A DNA stretch of 64,000 bases from Octopus sinensis. Taxonomy: Eukaryota. Shown here piece after piece: positions 12,601 through 26,300 of this stretch (position 1 is the first letter of the stretch; every line of letters starts with the position of its first letter). The translations under genes and the position numbers were made by a program. The stretch is taken from positions 13,702,001-13,766,000 of the forward strand of contig NC_043016.1 of the NCBI RefSeq assembly GCF_006345805.1. The letters run 5' to 3'. The notes beneath the pieces are model-generated. The model had not been told where the DNA came from. It saw only the letters and a list, made by a program, of their open reading frames with translations, and ran no database searches.

Positions 12601-15600
12601 ATCTAAGTAGGAATGTCACAGATGTTCTCATGTCTCGTGTTCTATAGCTGCTAACACTACAAATTGTATCAGTTATGGCATAAATATATAGTGTTTAGAT
12701 GCTGACATTTTCCTTGGCTTTCTTTTGTGAGTTGCAAAGATAACACATCACAGTGGAACTATTAATTTAATAGCCAGTTAATACACCTTACTACATGGTG
12801 CTTAATACCTGAATTTACTTATCTAATTTCTTTAGATATTTACTTCTTCAATAAAGAGACTGAAAAATAAAAAGTAAGGTTTGAATATAATCTATTTACT
12901 TTGTCAGAGAAAAGGAGTAAACAAATAATTTTCTTTCTGGGACAATATGTCACTAGTGCCCTAAATTCTCTTATAATCTCAATGAAATATAATCAGAGCA
13001 AATCATTCTTCACTTTATGCATTACATTTTTGTCTTTGTGCTGAAATTTATTAGTTATAAACAGGGATTGAAATTTGGACTTACAATAATACTTTCCACT
13101 CCCAAAATCAAAGACCTTTAAATGGCTGTTAATAATGTAAAAACATCCATTCAGGTTTGATGATTTGCCCAGACCAATGTAGCCGTTCCACACTAGATGT
13201 TCCAACTAAGCAATAAAGCATGAATGTCTGGTTTGGGTTTTAGCCACATTGGTTTTTTCCTAGCTGAAATATAACTTCTGTACATGCCATGGTACAAATG
13301 GTAGTAGTAACTCGCTAAATATATAGATATTAAACACATATGTAAACAAGTATGTATTTAATTACAGGTAAGAACATTATATGAAGTATATGAAAACCTG
13401 AAAAGGCCGTGAGGAAAAACGAGAAAAATTTTTAATCTATTTTTTGTGACAAAAGTGGAGGAGGAAATAAATGCCATCTTTACTTTTAGTTATTATTAGC
13501 TTCTATTTACAGGTCCTTGTTTTTGAGGACAGGTACAATGTAAATCAGAATTTCAATCCATATGCATGATTTATAAATTTCAACACAATGCAAAAAGAAA
13601 CACATAGTTTAAAGAATAAACACACAAACACACGTTTGGTTAAAGACACCATAAAGACTGTTAAAATCGTTATATAGTGTTAATGAAATGTAACTGACCT
13701 CCAAATTTAAAAATTAGCATTAGTGTTTCTTTTGAAAAATGATAATTATTTCGATAGCCTCGAAAGACAGCTCGTTTAAGTTGCATCATTATAAAAACTT
13801 AAAATGACAAATTCAGTGTCAGGATAAACCTTTTAAAAATGAAATCAGTATGAACATTGCGGGCAATTATATATATATATAGATATATATTAAGTTTAAA
13901 AATTGTCATTTATTTTTAGCCTTACATTCTTAGAAGACCATTCAAGGAAATGTTAAACATGTGAATAATCTTAAATGAAAACATTATATTTAGTACATAT
14001 GAAAATATTAAACTGGAAATACAGCAAAATAAATACTTACCAGTGTAAATGCTGGTGTCAGGTACATCCAACAATACTTCATCCATTTACTCAACTTGAA
14101 TCCATACATCATTTCAAGATTGTCATAGAACCGGTCTACCCCTGAAAGATTTAAATATAAATGCTATTTATCATAGTAATGATGCCATTTCAAAAGATTT
14201 TGGGACAATTGTCAACAATTTTTGAAATGAGCTCTCAAATGGACCATGTAAAGCTAGTGTGTTTAAAATTGGGTGAGAAGTAAGTATAACAATAAGTATA
14301 CAAGTGGAATTCGTTTGTGTTCACTCTCATTGAAGTTATTATAAATAAGGAAAAAAATAATGGTGAATTTTGATTTGTCATGCAAATTTTGTCTCTGGAT
14401 GAAAATTTATGCTTGTTATTTATTAACATACAATATAATAAAATAAAAATAATTTTGTAAAAATTATCTAAAACTAGTTTTTACTACTAAGATTTACAAA
14501 GGATAATTTCCACAGATTGGAACTTAGGACATTTCATACCATTCTTCTATATAAAATCATTGGCGATGAGCTCTACACACCAACACTTTCTTCAGCTTGT
14601 TTTAGTTGTGATGGTTAAAGCAACAAAGCATTCTCTATATGTTTGTGCAAGTGTGTATAGAATATAAATGTATCAAGATATATATTGATACACAAAATAA
14701 TATATAAGGATAATATATATATTATTTTCTTTTACAAGCGTAGCAGTTGACTAGACAACTTTTGCTTTCATGGTGTGATGAGACAGAAATTCAAAGTCTG
14801 AAACAGGTGCCTTTCCAATAAGATGGAACCAACGATTTTATGGTACTGCCTATAGCTTACCTTAGTGAATTATAGTGCTTTGCAACAATGAATTATATAT
14901 ATATATGTGCATGTAAATGGTCTGAATTAATGTGATTAAAATGTGTTAATTGTAAATAGACACATCACAAAAGTGAAGACAATCTTTCAACTGCCTAACT
15001 CATAGCTGTGTGCCTGGTATATACATTATACACACAAATGTATTTATACATGTATAGATAAAACCTGAAGAGGAATGGGCTCTACCAAAGTGAGCTGTGC
15101 ATCTACAAATAAATGGGTTATGGGAATCACCATGAGAAAGAGAGAGAAAGACAGTGAGTGTGCACATGTGTGTGTGTATGTGTGCATGTATGCATATGTC
15201 TGAAAAGGCATATACACATTCACTCATAAGCACTAATCCATATATATATATATATAATGTATATATATATTGTATATACAATGTGTATATATTGCAAATA
15301 CAATGTGTATATATATATATATATACACATACATATATCCTTATATATATATATATATGTATATAAATGTACATATATATCTATACATATATATACACAC
15401 ACACACACATACACACACACAATATATTTATTTATTTAAATGTAAGCTTTTATGTTCCAATTATTAGCTCATTTCAACCACACAAAATTTCAAACACTTA
15501 CTAAACATTTTTTCTCAATTTAACAGCAAAAGGGTCTATTCAAGCAAAACAGTCTGAAGATCCAGTCCCAGGAGGGCTTTACCCAAAACTTCATATACCA

Positions 15601-17305
15601 CCATTCACTTAGCATGCAGCTAATAAGCATTTACTATAAGATGATATACATTTCACCAACAGTTTAAAACTTTCATAAACAATTGTCTGATAGTTAAATT
15701 AGAAATACATACTTTAGAAATGTCAAGTAAGCAGATACGCACACAGACCCACACGAACATACATGCAAAACCATACACACAAAAAAGTAGGAAAAAAAAA
15801 AAAGAAAAAAACCTTATTAAATGTTTGAAAGAATAAAAAATATTGAATAATTTAAGGATAATAAGAATGTAAATAATGTATAACTTTATATGAATGTGGA
15901 ATCAACAGTGTGAACCGACAGACATTAAAGTCTATTAACATAATTTTCCTTGCTCACAATATGCAGAATATGTATGTGCATGTGTGTATGAAATTGTCTA
16001 CTTTATATATAACTACTTATAAAAACATGAACACATATATACACATACACTTACATCCTGCAGTTATATGCATGGAATATAAATGTATGCATATACATGT
16101 ACTTGCATATACATATACATACATATATATATATTATATATATACACATATATACATACACACACGCACACACACACATTTTATATATTATATAATGTGT
16201 ATATACACATATATATATATAATATATATATATATATAAATAATATGTATGTATATATATACATATATGTGTATCAATAAGTTATGGAGTATTTCCTTTC
16301 TTTTTATTTATACACATATACATTGACACAAGCATACACACACACACATCCATAAATAATTAAAGGTGAGAATATATTTTCTGAAAAATTTGCTGGAAGC
16401 AATTATAAGATAACCGTTACTACTTTTCTTTCGTATATTAAATATTGTAACTGATTAGTTATGAAATTGGTTAAAACTTATGTATAGGTGGATGAGTGGA
16501 TGTAGGCAGTTGTAGCTAATGGTATAGGAATAATACAAATAGTAAATAAATAAAGACCATCTGAAACTGGACTTCAGGCTGTTTGTTTTCTCTCAAATAT
16601 GTAGACATACCGTAGATATAAGCAACCACGACGCATTCGAAGAAAGCCACAAGAAGAACTATCCGGCTGGCCGGGTAGTAGTCGAACAACTGAAAGACAT
16701 ACATACCGCCCTACGAAAGGACGGTGATACATTTAGAAGATTTTGCATATATGATTTCAGCCTGCTCCATACCAACCAGTATGGGGGCAGAAATGAATTA
16801 GTTAGTTTACCTGGCTGTGCAGTGGAGAGCACTTGAAAACAAGAAAATATTGCAGAGCTGGTGAATTGCTGACATCTTTGCTTAGAGTGAAAAAGTTTAT
16901 ATATATATACACATATATATATAATAATAAAATATATATATATTATATAAATATATATATACTATATATATTATATAAATATACATATACTATATATATT
17001 ATATAAATATATATACTATATATATTATTATATATATTATATAAATATACTGTATATTATATAAATATACTATATATTATATATATACTATATATATATA
17101 TATATATATATACTATATAAATATATAAATATATATATATATATATATGTTTTACATATAATATATATCATATGTGTATATGTATATATTTTTTTATATA
17201 TAATACATATGTATTATATATCATATATGTTATATATATATTACATGTATTAATATATATGTATGTATATACATTGTGTGCTTGTGTGCATGTGTGTTTA
17301 TGTGT

Positions 17306-17370
<65 letters not shown>

Positions 17371-20300
17371 ATATATTATATAAATTATGCACTTTATTAT
17401 GAGAAAAAAAAAAGAAAACAGGCATAAATGAATCAGTTTTATGTAAAAATAAATTAAAAGAGGTGGCAAGTGAAAGGAGAAATGATCTCTAGATTTGTGA
17501 AGTGAAAATAATTTATATGAATAATTTAATGAGAAACCTAATGCATGAATGGAAAAATAAAGCAGTTTTCAGCACATACATACAGCCACACACACAATCA
17601 GTCATTTACACTTTTTCTTTTTTGTTTTTTTAAAATTTGTTCGTAGGAAAGAAATGTTGAGCACGAATTCTGCTGAGCATCATCCAAATAGTTATGGCAA
17701 GTACAATAATGTATTACATATATGGTGAAAAATGTTGTTTTATTTGTAATCTGATCTTTCAACATTTTATCTGTATTGGATTGGGACTATGTATTAATAG
17801 ATTCTAAGGTAGGCAAAGCAGTAACGACCAGGTGCAATCCCAATGTCATGCTGTACATTACCAAAAGTCGTGTAATGAGATTTTCTAATTGGCATTTAGT
17901 AAATGATGCTTATTTCTTCATTTATTTAATGTAGTCATTTACCATGGTTTTGAATTTTTTGATGTTCACTCCAATCTTAATGGATGTAGAATTCTAAATG
18001 TTTACGTAACAACATATTGTCCTAAAAGTTTATTGAAGTACTTATATGTTCCTTTTATAAAAATTATGTTAAATTAACAGAACTGTAATTAGAAAAAAAA
18101 TTGTTAGTTGAAAATAAATTATGTATGTGTATAACACACTGCTTCCCTGTATGTGTGTGTGCATGTGAGCGTGTGCATGTGTAGGTATGTGCATGTGATG
18201 TAAACACACACATGCCTAAAATACCATAATTGCAAATTTTTAGATCTTACAAAATTATAAATTTTAATGGATTCAGTAATCAGAACCAAAAATTAGGTTT
18301 TGCTAGAACTAGCAATGATAATTAAAATCTCTCTAACAATAAAACATGCTTATTGTCTCTTTTTGTAATAAAGTAGTAATCATAAAATATGTAATGTTAG
18401 TAATAAGACTAGATTACATTAAATTCTATAATAAAAAGATTAAGTACACCTAGTTAGAATGTAATGCAAAAAATAATATATAATTCAAATCTTAATGTTG
18501 TTAATGTTATTTGAAGCCAGATAGTTTAAAATAAAATATTTATCCACATAAATTATGAAAAGGCCTATTAAATTTCTATTTAAGAAAACCTGGATGAAAC
18601 ATTTTAACATGTAAGCCCAACACGTATAATGTAATATATAACCTAAACACATTACTTTTTATTCCTTTAAATGCCCTATTGCATAACAATTGCAGTCACC
18701 ATTCTACCAAACACTATTCCTATCTTAAAAAGAAAAGAAAAGAAAAGAAAAAAAAAACCCAAAAAGCTCCATTTACCCAATAATCAAAAGCAACACCAAT
18801 AAACATTATACTCGTCAACCCATTAAATACTGTAGCTATCCATTTTACCACACTAACATTATACAAGAACCAATGAAAGAGCTTTTATACAACCACAAAT
18901 TTTGGTCATTTTAGCTGTCAAATTTCCTTACCATTTTTTAAAATATAGACCATATGATTTAAACGCTAAAAGTCAGGACAGCATATACATAAAGATGGCA
19001 TAACCACATTTAGAACATCAACTGAATAATTCTTCAATCAGCTACCTCCATGTCATAGGTATTTTCAAACAGAACTGACTTGGGCTACTCAACAACAGCA
19101 AACAGTAGTTCACACATAAACACTTTCTATACACATGGTTGGTTTAACAACAACTAACAATTCCATCCAAATGAAAAGATACACCTCTTTCAGTTTACCT
19201 CAGTCATCATCACCGACATCAATTCGTTAACTTAATGTTATGTTAGCAGCTTTTATTCAGTTTGACTATGATCTCAATCAGAAAACATCAAGTTTTGAAA
19301 GTATAGTATGGGTATAGAAAAACAACTAAATTACAACAACTATAAATATCAAAATTGATTGTAAATGTAAAAACATGCTTCAACTGTTCGTTTTGGTTGT
19401 AGCTTTTTTTCCTATTCATATGTTAATAGATTATTTGAGATTAAGAAAAGATTAAGAAAAAAACCTATTAAAAATAAATGAAGAAGATGCCAAAAAATAC
19501 CATAGAATGTTGTAAGATCTTAATGCAAGTAGGAAGAAACCTGTTCATTTCAATATAGAAGGTATTTTAAATTAAAATATTTTAAACATATTCAATAAAA
19601 CAATTAAATTCCTCTAAGACAGCTAAACATTTAAATCCTTCATTTTATCTTTGACTTATATTTTTACTGCTACAAGTTGAAATTTGTGTATGAACATTTT
19701 AAGTAAAATGTTCATTCTAACAGAATCTCTTTTATTTGTTAGTAGTTATTTTCCAACAATCATCATTGGAATCTTAGATTAGTCTACAATTCAAGGATTA
19801 CAAAATTTTATATTAATTCTTCAAACTTAGTAGACAGATTGCAAACTATACTTTTTTTTTTATTGACATCAGAAATTTGTACAATGGCAATGTTACACAT
19901 CTTGAAATCTTTTATTCAAGTATAATAAATGAATGTAATGATTTCTGTGAAGATCTTGTACCTTGACAGTTAATAACCCCCAGCCCCCACCAAAAAACAA
20001 TCTCAATGCCAAATCTGCTATCAACTGAAATTGAGTGGATTGTTTTAATACTATTGTGTTGTAAAAGCACATTCATGCACATATACAACACATGATCACC
20101 CATATATAGAGGATACGAGTTACCCCATTATAATATATTTCCCATAAAATTTGTTTCAATAATGGATAAGGAATGTTTATTTAATGCAGGTAATGTACAA
20201 TCTGAAGTGTTGATTAGTGGTGGAGAAAAACATTTGCAAGTTGGGATTTGAAAGGAATATAATTTTGGTTAAGAATTGTACAGTGATATTAGACAGTGTA

Positions 20301-23300
20301 GAGAGAAAAACTCTGAGCAGTAACAGAATTTTAATCTCAGCTTTGAGTTAAGATAAAAGCAGAAGAGTTGTTGGTGTAGAAGTTAAAGAACAGAGAGAAT
20401 AGAGTGCCAGAGGCTGTGAAATTCTGTTGAGTGTAAGTCTGAGTATGAATGGATTTTCCGGTAATTGCATAAAGAAGAGAGTGTGAAGCTGATACGACTG
20501 AATTATGAAGTTAGTAGAAAGAGTTGGTGGAGTCAATGATAAATAGTGATAGGATAAGTTTTGGTTTGTACCATTTCCAATAATTCTATCCTGAGCTATC
20601 TTTCTATTTTATTCTTTGAAGCACTGACAACTTGCTTCTCATTGCCATAGTCATAGCTTGTCTTGAATTCTATTTTTTACATTTTCCAAAAACTCGGATA
20701 GGAACATTGCAGATCAATCATAAAAGACTTTAATTATCTCAAATACACCTCACTGATTGTGTTCTATATCCAACTAATGTTCAAAAATAACAGACATTAC
20801 AAGTCAAATAACCACACTGAATTTCTTCATTATTAACAAACTGCAAAAAGTATGTCTTCCTCACCAACCGGTGAAGAAGGGTAATTACCCAGCCACACAC
20901 ACACACACACATATCCATCCTGGTTTTAAATATTAATTATAAATTAAAATATCAAAACCAACACCTAACTTATGAAGAACAGAAATAAGTACTGGTCTTA
21001 GTTTGGAAAAATAAATCTTGAGTTTACAAAACAGGATTTGATAAACTCATTTCTCTTTCTAATAAGCCAGCTCCTTATCTTATCTTATCCAATTTTTATC
21101 TGTTCAGTTTCATTTCCTTAATTCTTACCTTTATACAACTATGTACAGCACATCATATAATACAGCTATTACAGTTAAGAAAGTGGCAATAATTCATTAA
21201 AGCCTAACTACTCGAACACTTTAGCATTTAGATTATTCTGCCAAATGTAATGCTTTTTTTATTCCAGTTGTTTTCAATAAATCATGCATTACCTCATATT
21301 TTAAAGATTTCGATGGTGTGATTATTTATATTTAGAATGATGTAGAGTAGGTGTGAAAGGTTGGATCTGGCTAGTTTTAGCATAAAACAGGCAGAATATC
21401 TGAGTCAGGTATGGCTGGATTAAGTGCTAAAGAGTTAAACTGGAATGAAGCAAGAGCTGGCACAAGAAGTGCTGTTGGAAGAAACTAGTAACACAGCTGT
21501 TCAGCACTTGGTCATTTATTCTAAACTTATATCTTTTGATTGAACATATAAACCTGTTTGAAATCTAAATAAATAACGTGTATCAGTAAGACACGATGAG
21601 TAAAATGGTGACAGCAGATGACAATTATGACAAGAGTGGAAGGATTTACATGAAATAAAGATTTTGTTATTGAGCTCATATCTATGATCATCATCATCAT
21701 CATCATTTAATGTCTGCTTTCCATGCTGGCATGGGTTGGACGGTTTGACTGAGAACTGGCAAGCGGGGAGGCTGCTTAAGGCTCCAATCTGATCTGGCAA
21801 GGTTTCTATAGTAAGATGCCCTTCCTAATGCCAACCACTCCGAGAGTGTAGTGGGTACTTTTACACGCCAGTCAAGTGGCTCTTGCATCGGTTACGATTG
21901 AATGGTGCTTTTTATGTGCCACCGACATGGGTGCCAGTCAGGTGGCACTGGCATATTGATAAGACAAATTTAATTTATGTCACAAAACTGCTTAACACAT
22001 AAATTACTGTTTTGAATATTATATACATATAATATACATAAACACATGCTTTTTGCTAACTTGCAATTGTGTTGTATAAGTAGAATAAGTTCTAATTACA
22101 CAATCAAAGCAGTTCCATAATGTAAACATTACCAATACAACATATTTGATGTGTGTTGATTAAATGCCAGAAGCTGTGGTTTTACATCCAGGAAAAATTC
22201 CTTTAAACAAGTACAGTGTTAACAAAAACACTGATTCAACTAGCTCTGAAGTATATTGTAGTCGTGTCCAAACAAGTAGGCCAAAGAATAAAGAAATAGC
22301 TGGCATCAATTCTACAGCACTAAAACCCACATGACCTAAACTGACCAGCAGAGGCCCTAATATCAAGAACCTATCTTGATATTTGTATGAAATCCCTTAC
22401 TCTTCTGATATCTGATGAGATGGCTCCTTCCTTCTAAGTCGTATGGAGCTGAGATTTATTGTTATTAAAAACAAATATACACACATTTCTATTTTTAGAA
22501 TGGTGGATCTTGAAGCACACAAAAAGCTATAAATAATAGGTTGAAAAACCCTTTTGGGCAGAAAAAGTGAAGGGTACTTGTGAGACTCAAACCCACATCT
22601 CCTGTAAACATGATATCAAATAAATGTATGTGTGTGTGTGTGTATATAAAGTAACAAACTGAGGTAGATATCCTTCAAGAGGTGTGTTAAACATCTAATT
22701 CACTGGTACATCAGATGAAACCATATAAATATTCGTATAATTGAATAATAAAGATAAATTAAATAGAGAGATACTATTGACAATAATTTATTTATATTAT
22801 AAATTTACACATTATACTATGAACATTATATAATAAACTATTATTTTTAAAAAACCCATAAAAGGCCAACAAATTATTTCAACTGTATATATTTTCTGAT
22901 ATATATACACAATAACAGTTCCCTTATATATATGTCACTACAGGGTCATGGTCTAAAGATAGTCGAAATTCCATATTCTGCGTATCATTAAATCATGACT
23001 GTTATTAACATTGTTCTAGACTATACATATATTGAGTTCTACAACAGGTTTTTAGTCTTGCTCTGCATAAGCAATATATATATATGGACATATATAATAT
23101 AAAATATATATGGTATAGTTGTGTGGTTAAGAAGCTTGTTTCCCAACCATGTGGTCTTGGATTCAGTCCTCGTGTGCAGCACCTTGGGCAAGTGTCTTCT
23201 AGGAAAGACCTGGACCAAACTATGCTTTGTGAGTGAATACAGCAGGCAGAAACTGGAATAAGCCTATTGTAAATATGTGTGTGTGTACCCTTGTCCTGAC

Positions 23301-26300
23301 ACCATGTAATGTTTGTAGAACAAACAGCACTGCAACGCTAACAATGTTGTTTGTTTTCACTTCAATGTCAAGAGAGGACATTCTGTTCTAAAAGATCTGC
23401 TTCAACAAACTCCACATGATCCATGAATGAGCTTGGGTATCATATACAGCAGTGATTAAATCCAGTCAGGAGTGTTTCATCTAAGTTTTCTACCAATAAA
23501 ATTTTCTCTCAGAATACAAAAGCTAAGGTTGGAAAAGACCTAAGGACAGTGGATGGCACCCACAAGAACATAAAAATAATAATAAGCATCAATGTAATAC
23601 TAATTATTGTAATAATAGGCAGAAGAATAATAAGGAAATAACAGCCCACTTAGGAAGCAACCAAAATTACCTTCTAACTAAAGAAGCAAGTTGTCTAAGT
23701 ATCTCTAGTATTTCTCTTGAAAACCCTGGCAAATATCTGAAAATTTCAGAAATTAGACCTTAGTTAGGAATGAGTAAGCAGACCAAACATCAGGCCAGAT
23801 GGGGTGGGGGGCATACACCATTGCAGCATTCACTATTTGTTGGTATATTCATGGGTCTTCACGGGTGGCCTGTTGAGGAGAGTCACCATCTCCACAAAAT
23901 ACTTCCTCATCTACTGTGACTATGTGATGTGTGGTTAATCAACACAAGTCAGATCCTCAGTGAAGGCAAACAATGTAAGCAGGGCCTAACTTGGAATCCT
24001 GCGCAACATGGACAAACAGCCCAAGTCGGTGCCCCTGAAGCATCCTACTTTGAGTAGAGTCATTGGCTGGATTTCATATCTAACCAATGGTAACCATTGG
24101 ATTACCATTGATAGACCAAACACAATAACTTTAACCATGGGAATAATTGTTGCACGTCATATATCTCTAAGAGAACTAATAAATGTAAAATCAAACCAAT
24201 ATAAATAACAAAACTAGTAGAACTAGATTATGTAAAAGATGTATCACATGGTTTAATACTCCTTACAGAATTCAGGTTCTTACAAATACCCCAGGAATTT
24301 TCTTTAGGGCATTAGATAAGCATTCCCTCTTTTCTAGCAAGTATAGTAAGATATTCAATAAAAATACTGTGAAATTTATGTATTTCACTACACCTAATCT
24401 AGGGTATAATATAGCAGCAATCAACAGTAAGAAATTAAATACTATTAGGAATAACAAATGTGCTTTTAATTATTCAGATAGTAAATACCAATCTGGTTCA
24501 AGTACAAATAATACATCATCTCTGTCTAATATAAAAATAATGATGACATTAAGGCGATTTCACCTCCCAGGAATAACATTTACACTAATAAAATAAGATC
24601 TCTTATGACAACAAACTTAATAGTAATAACTCTCAGAAATGTATAGTTAAAGTTAATAGGAGCAACAGTTCCAAATTCAAAATCAAATTACAAAACCATA
24701 TTCACTCTTTTAAATACAAAAGAAAAGAACAAAGCACTTCACTGGCTAAATTCATATGGAATGTCAAGGAGAAAAATAACAACTACTAAGTTTCATAGTC
24801 AATAAGATGTAGTACTTTTCTATACAGAGAAAGTGGTAGTAGTTATAATTTGTAGAGATATTGGAAATTCTCAAATGTAGGTCTAATTTAATTATTAATC
24901 CTAAGTTATTCATATGTTGCTGCCACTTATTTAATAAAACCTTCTTAAAATTTTCACATAAAAAAATTGCATATAGCTAACTTATATTGATTCAACTATA
25001 TTCATGGCTGTGTTCTTACCCTATTAATTCTCTGACACCTGACTTAATTATTTCTTGTGTAACTTACCAATCACTCCTTTCTTAACTAAAATGTATCTAA
25101 TTTATTTGTAGTGGACCTAATATTATCTTGACCTGATTACCAAGGTGGGCATTAATTTCTTCCATGCTTCCATTCTAACAAACCCACACCTGCCTACTCT
25201 TCTTTATTTCCTTTCAAATCTCATCTCTAAACAAATCTTTATTCTACATTTTCTCTCTTTACTGATATTTCTGAGATTGTAGTAAATAGACTGCCATCCC
25301 TTTGAAATTCTGGGGTATCTAGTAAATCCCTTTCTCTCCATCGCTGACAGACCCTTGACATGTCAGGACAGTGGTACAAGCAGGTTTAAACTACATCAAA
25401 TGGAAATATACTGAGATATCTATTCAAACATTCATGGAGTGAATGTTTGACATTTAATTTTTAATCTGATATCCTGCAATATAACATCCCTCAATATATC
25501 TCCTGGAAGTAATTTCATTAATTAATTAATTAACTGTATGGATTTACACAATATTTATAAGTACAAAGCAATGTGTCAATTGATGAAATGGTTTCACAAA
25601 CTATTGAAATAATTATAACCTTTAACCCTTTTGTTACTGTATTTATTTTGAGATGCTCTGTGTTTCTTTCAATTACTTTAGAGCATATATACTGTATGTA
25701 CAAACATATATATCCTTATTGCTCATTCCCTTTCTACCTATCTATACATTTATTACACACACACACAACTATGCTGTTGGATGTGCAGTACACTCTGTAA
25801 AGTGGTTGGCATTAGGAAGGGCATCCAACTGTAAAACCTTGCTAAAATTGGCTTCACTGGTGATGATGCATTCTAAAAAAAAATTAAATTCACTCTGTAA
25901 AGTGGTTGGTGATAGGAAGGGTCTCCAGCCATAAAAACCATGCCAGCTCCAGTCAAGCCGTCCAATCCATGCCACCATGGAAAACGGACATATGATGATG
26001 ATGATAATTGTATATAAACAGATATTCTAAACAGTATAGTATTATCTTACTTTATCATCTTATTGAATTTGAAATTGTTACTATTTTGTTCACTATATAA
26101 ATTTAAGCATTGAAGTTTGCATAGTTTTTAATTCTTGTTTCAACACCGTGTGCTAACACTAGTTTTGTCACTATATGCATATACAGATAAAAACATACAT
26201 ACACGCATACACACACACACATGTATAACTGTCTGACCCATGCACACATAGAAAACGGACATTAAATGATATACATATATAGTAAATAATACACACACAG

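Noticed and set aside
12993-13205. 70-aa ORF lying between exons 11 and 12, considered as an SLC6 exon
   Set aside because: No SLC6 similarity, and exons 11 and 12 already join in phase to give a complete TM11-TM12.
16516-16610. C-terminal part of ORF 16516-16704 (MSTYLRENK...)
   Set aside because: Intron read-through past the GTATGT donor; using it would truncate TM11-12. Intron retention cannot be excluded without RNA data.
22160-22366. Hydrophobic 68-aa minus-strand ORF in the giant intron, considered as an alternative TM exon
   Set aside because: No similarity to any SLC6 helix and no suitable splice sites seen.
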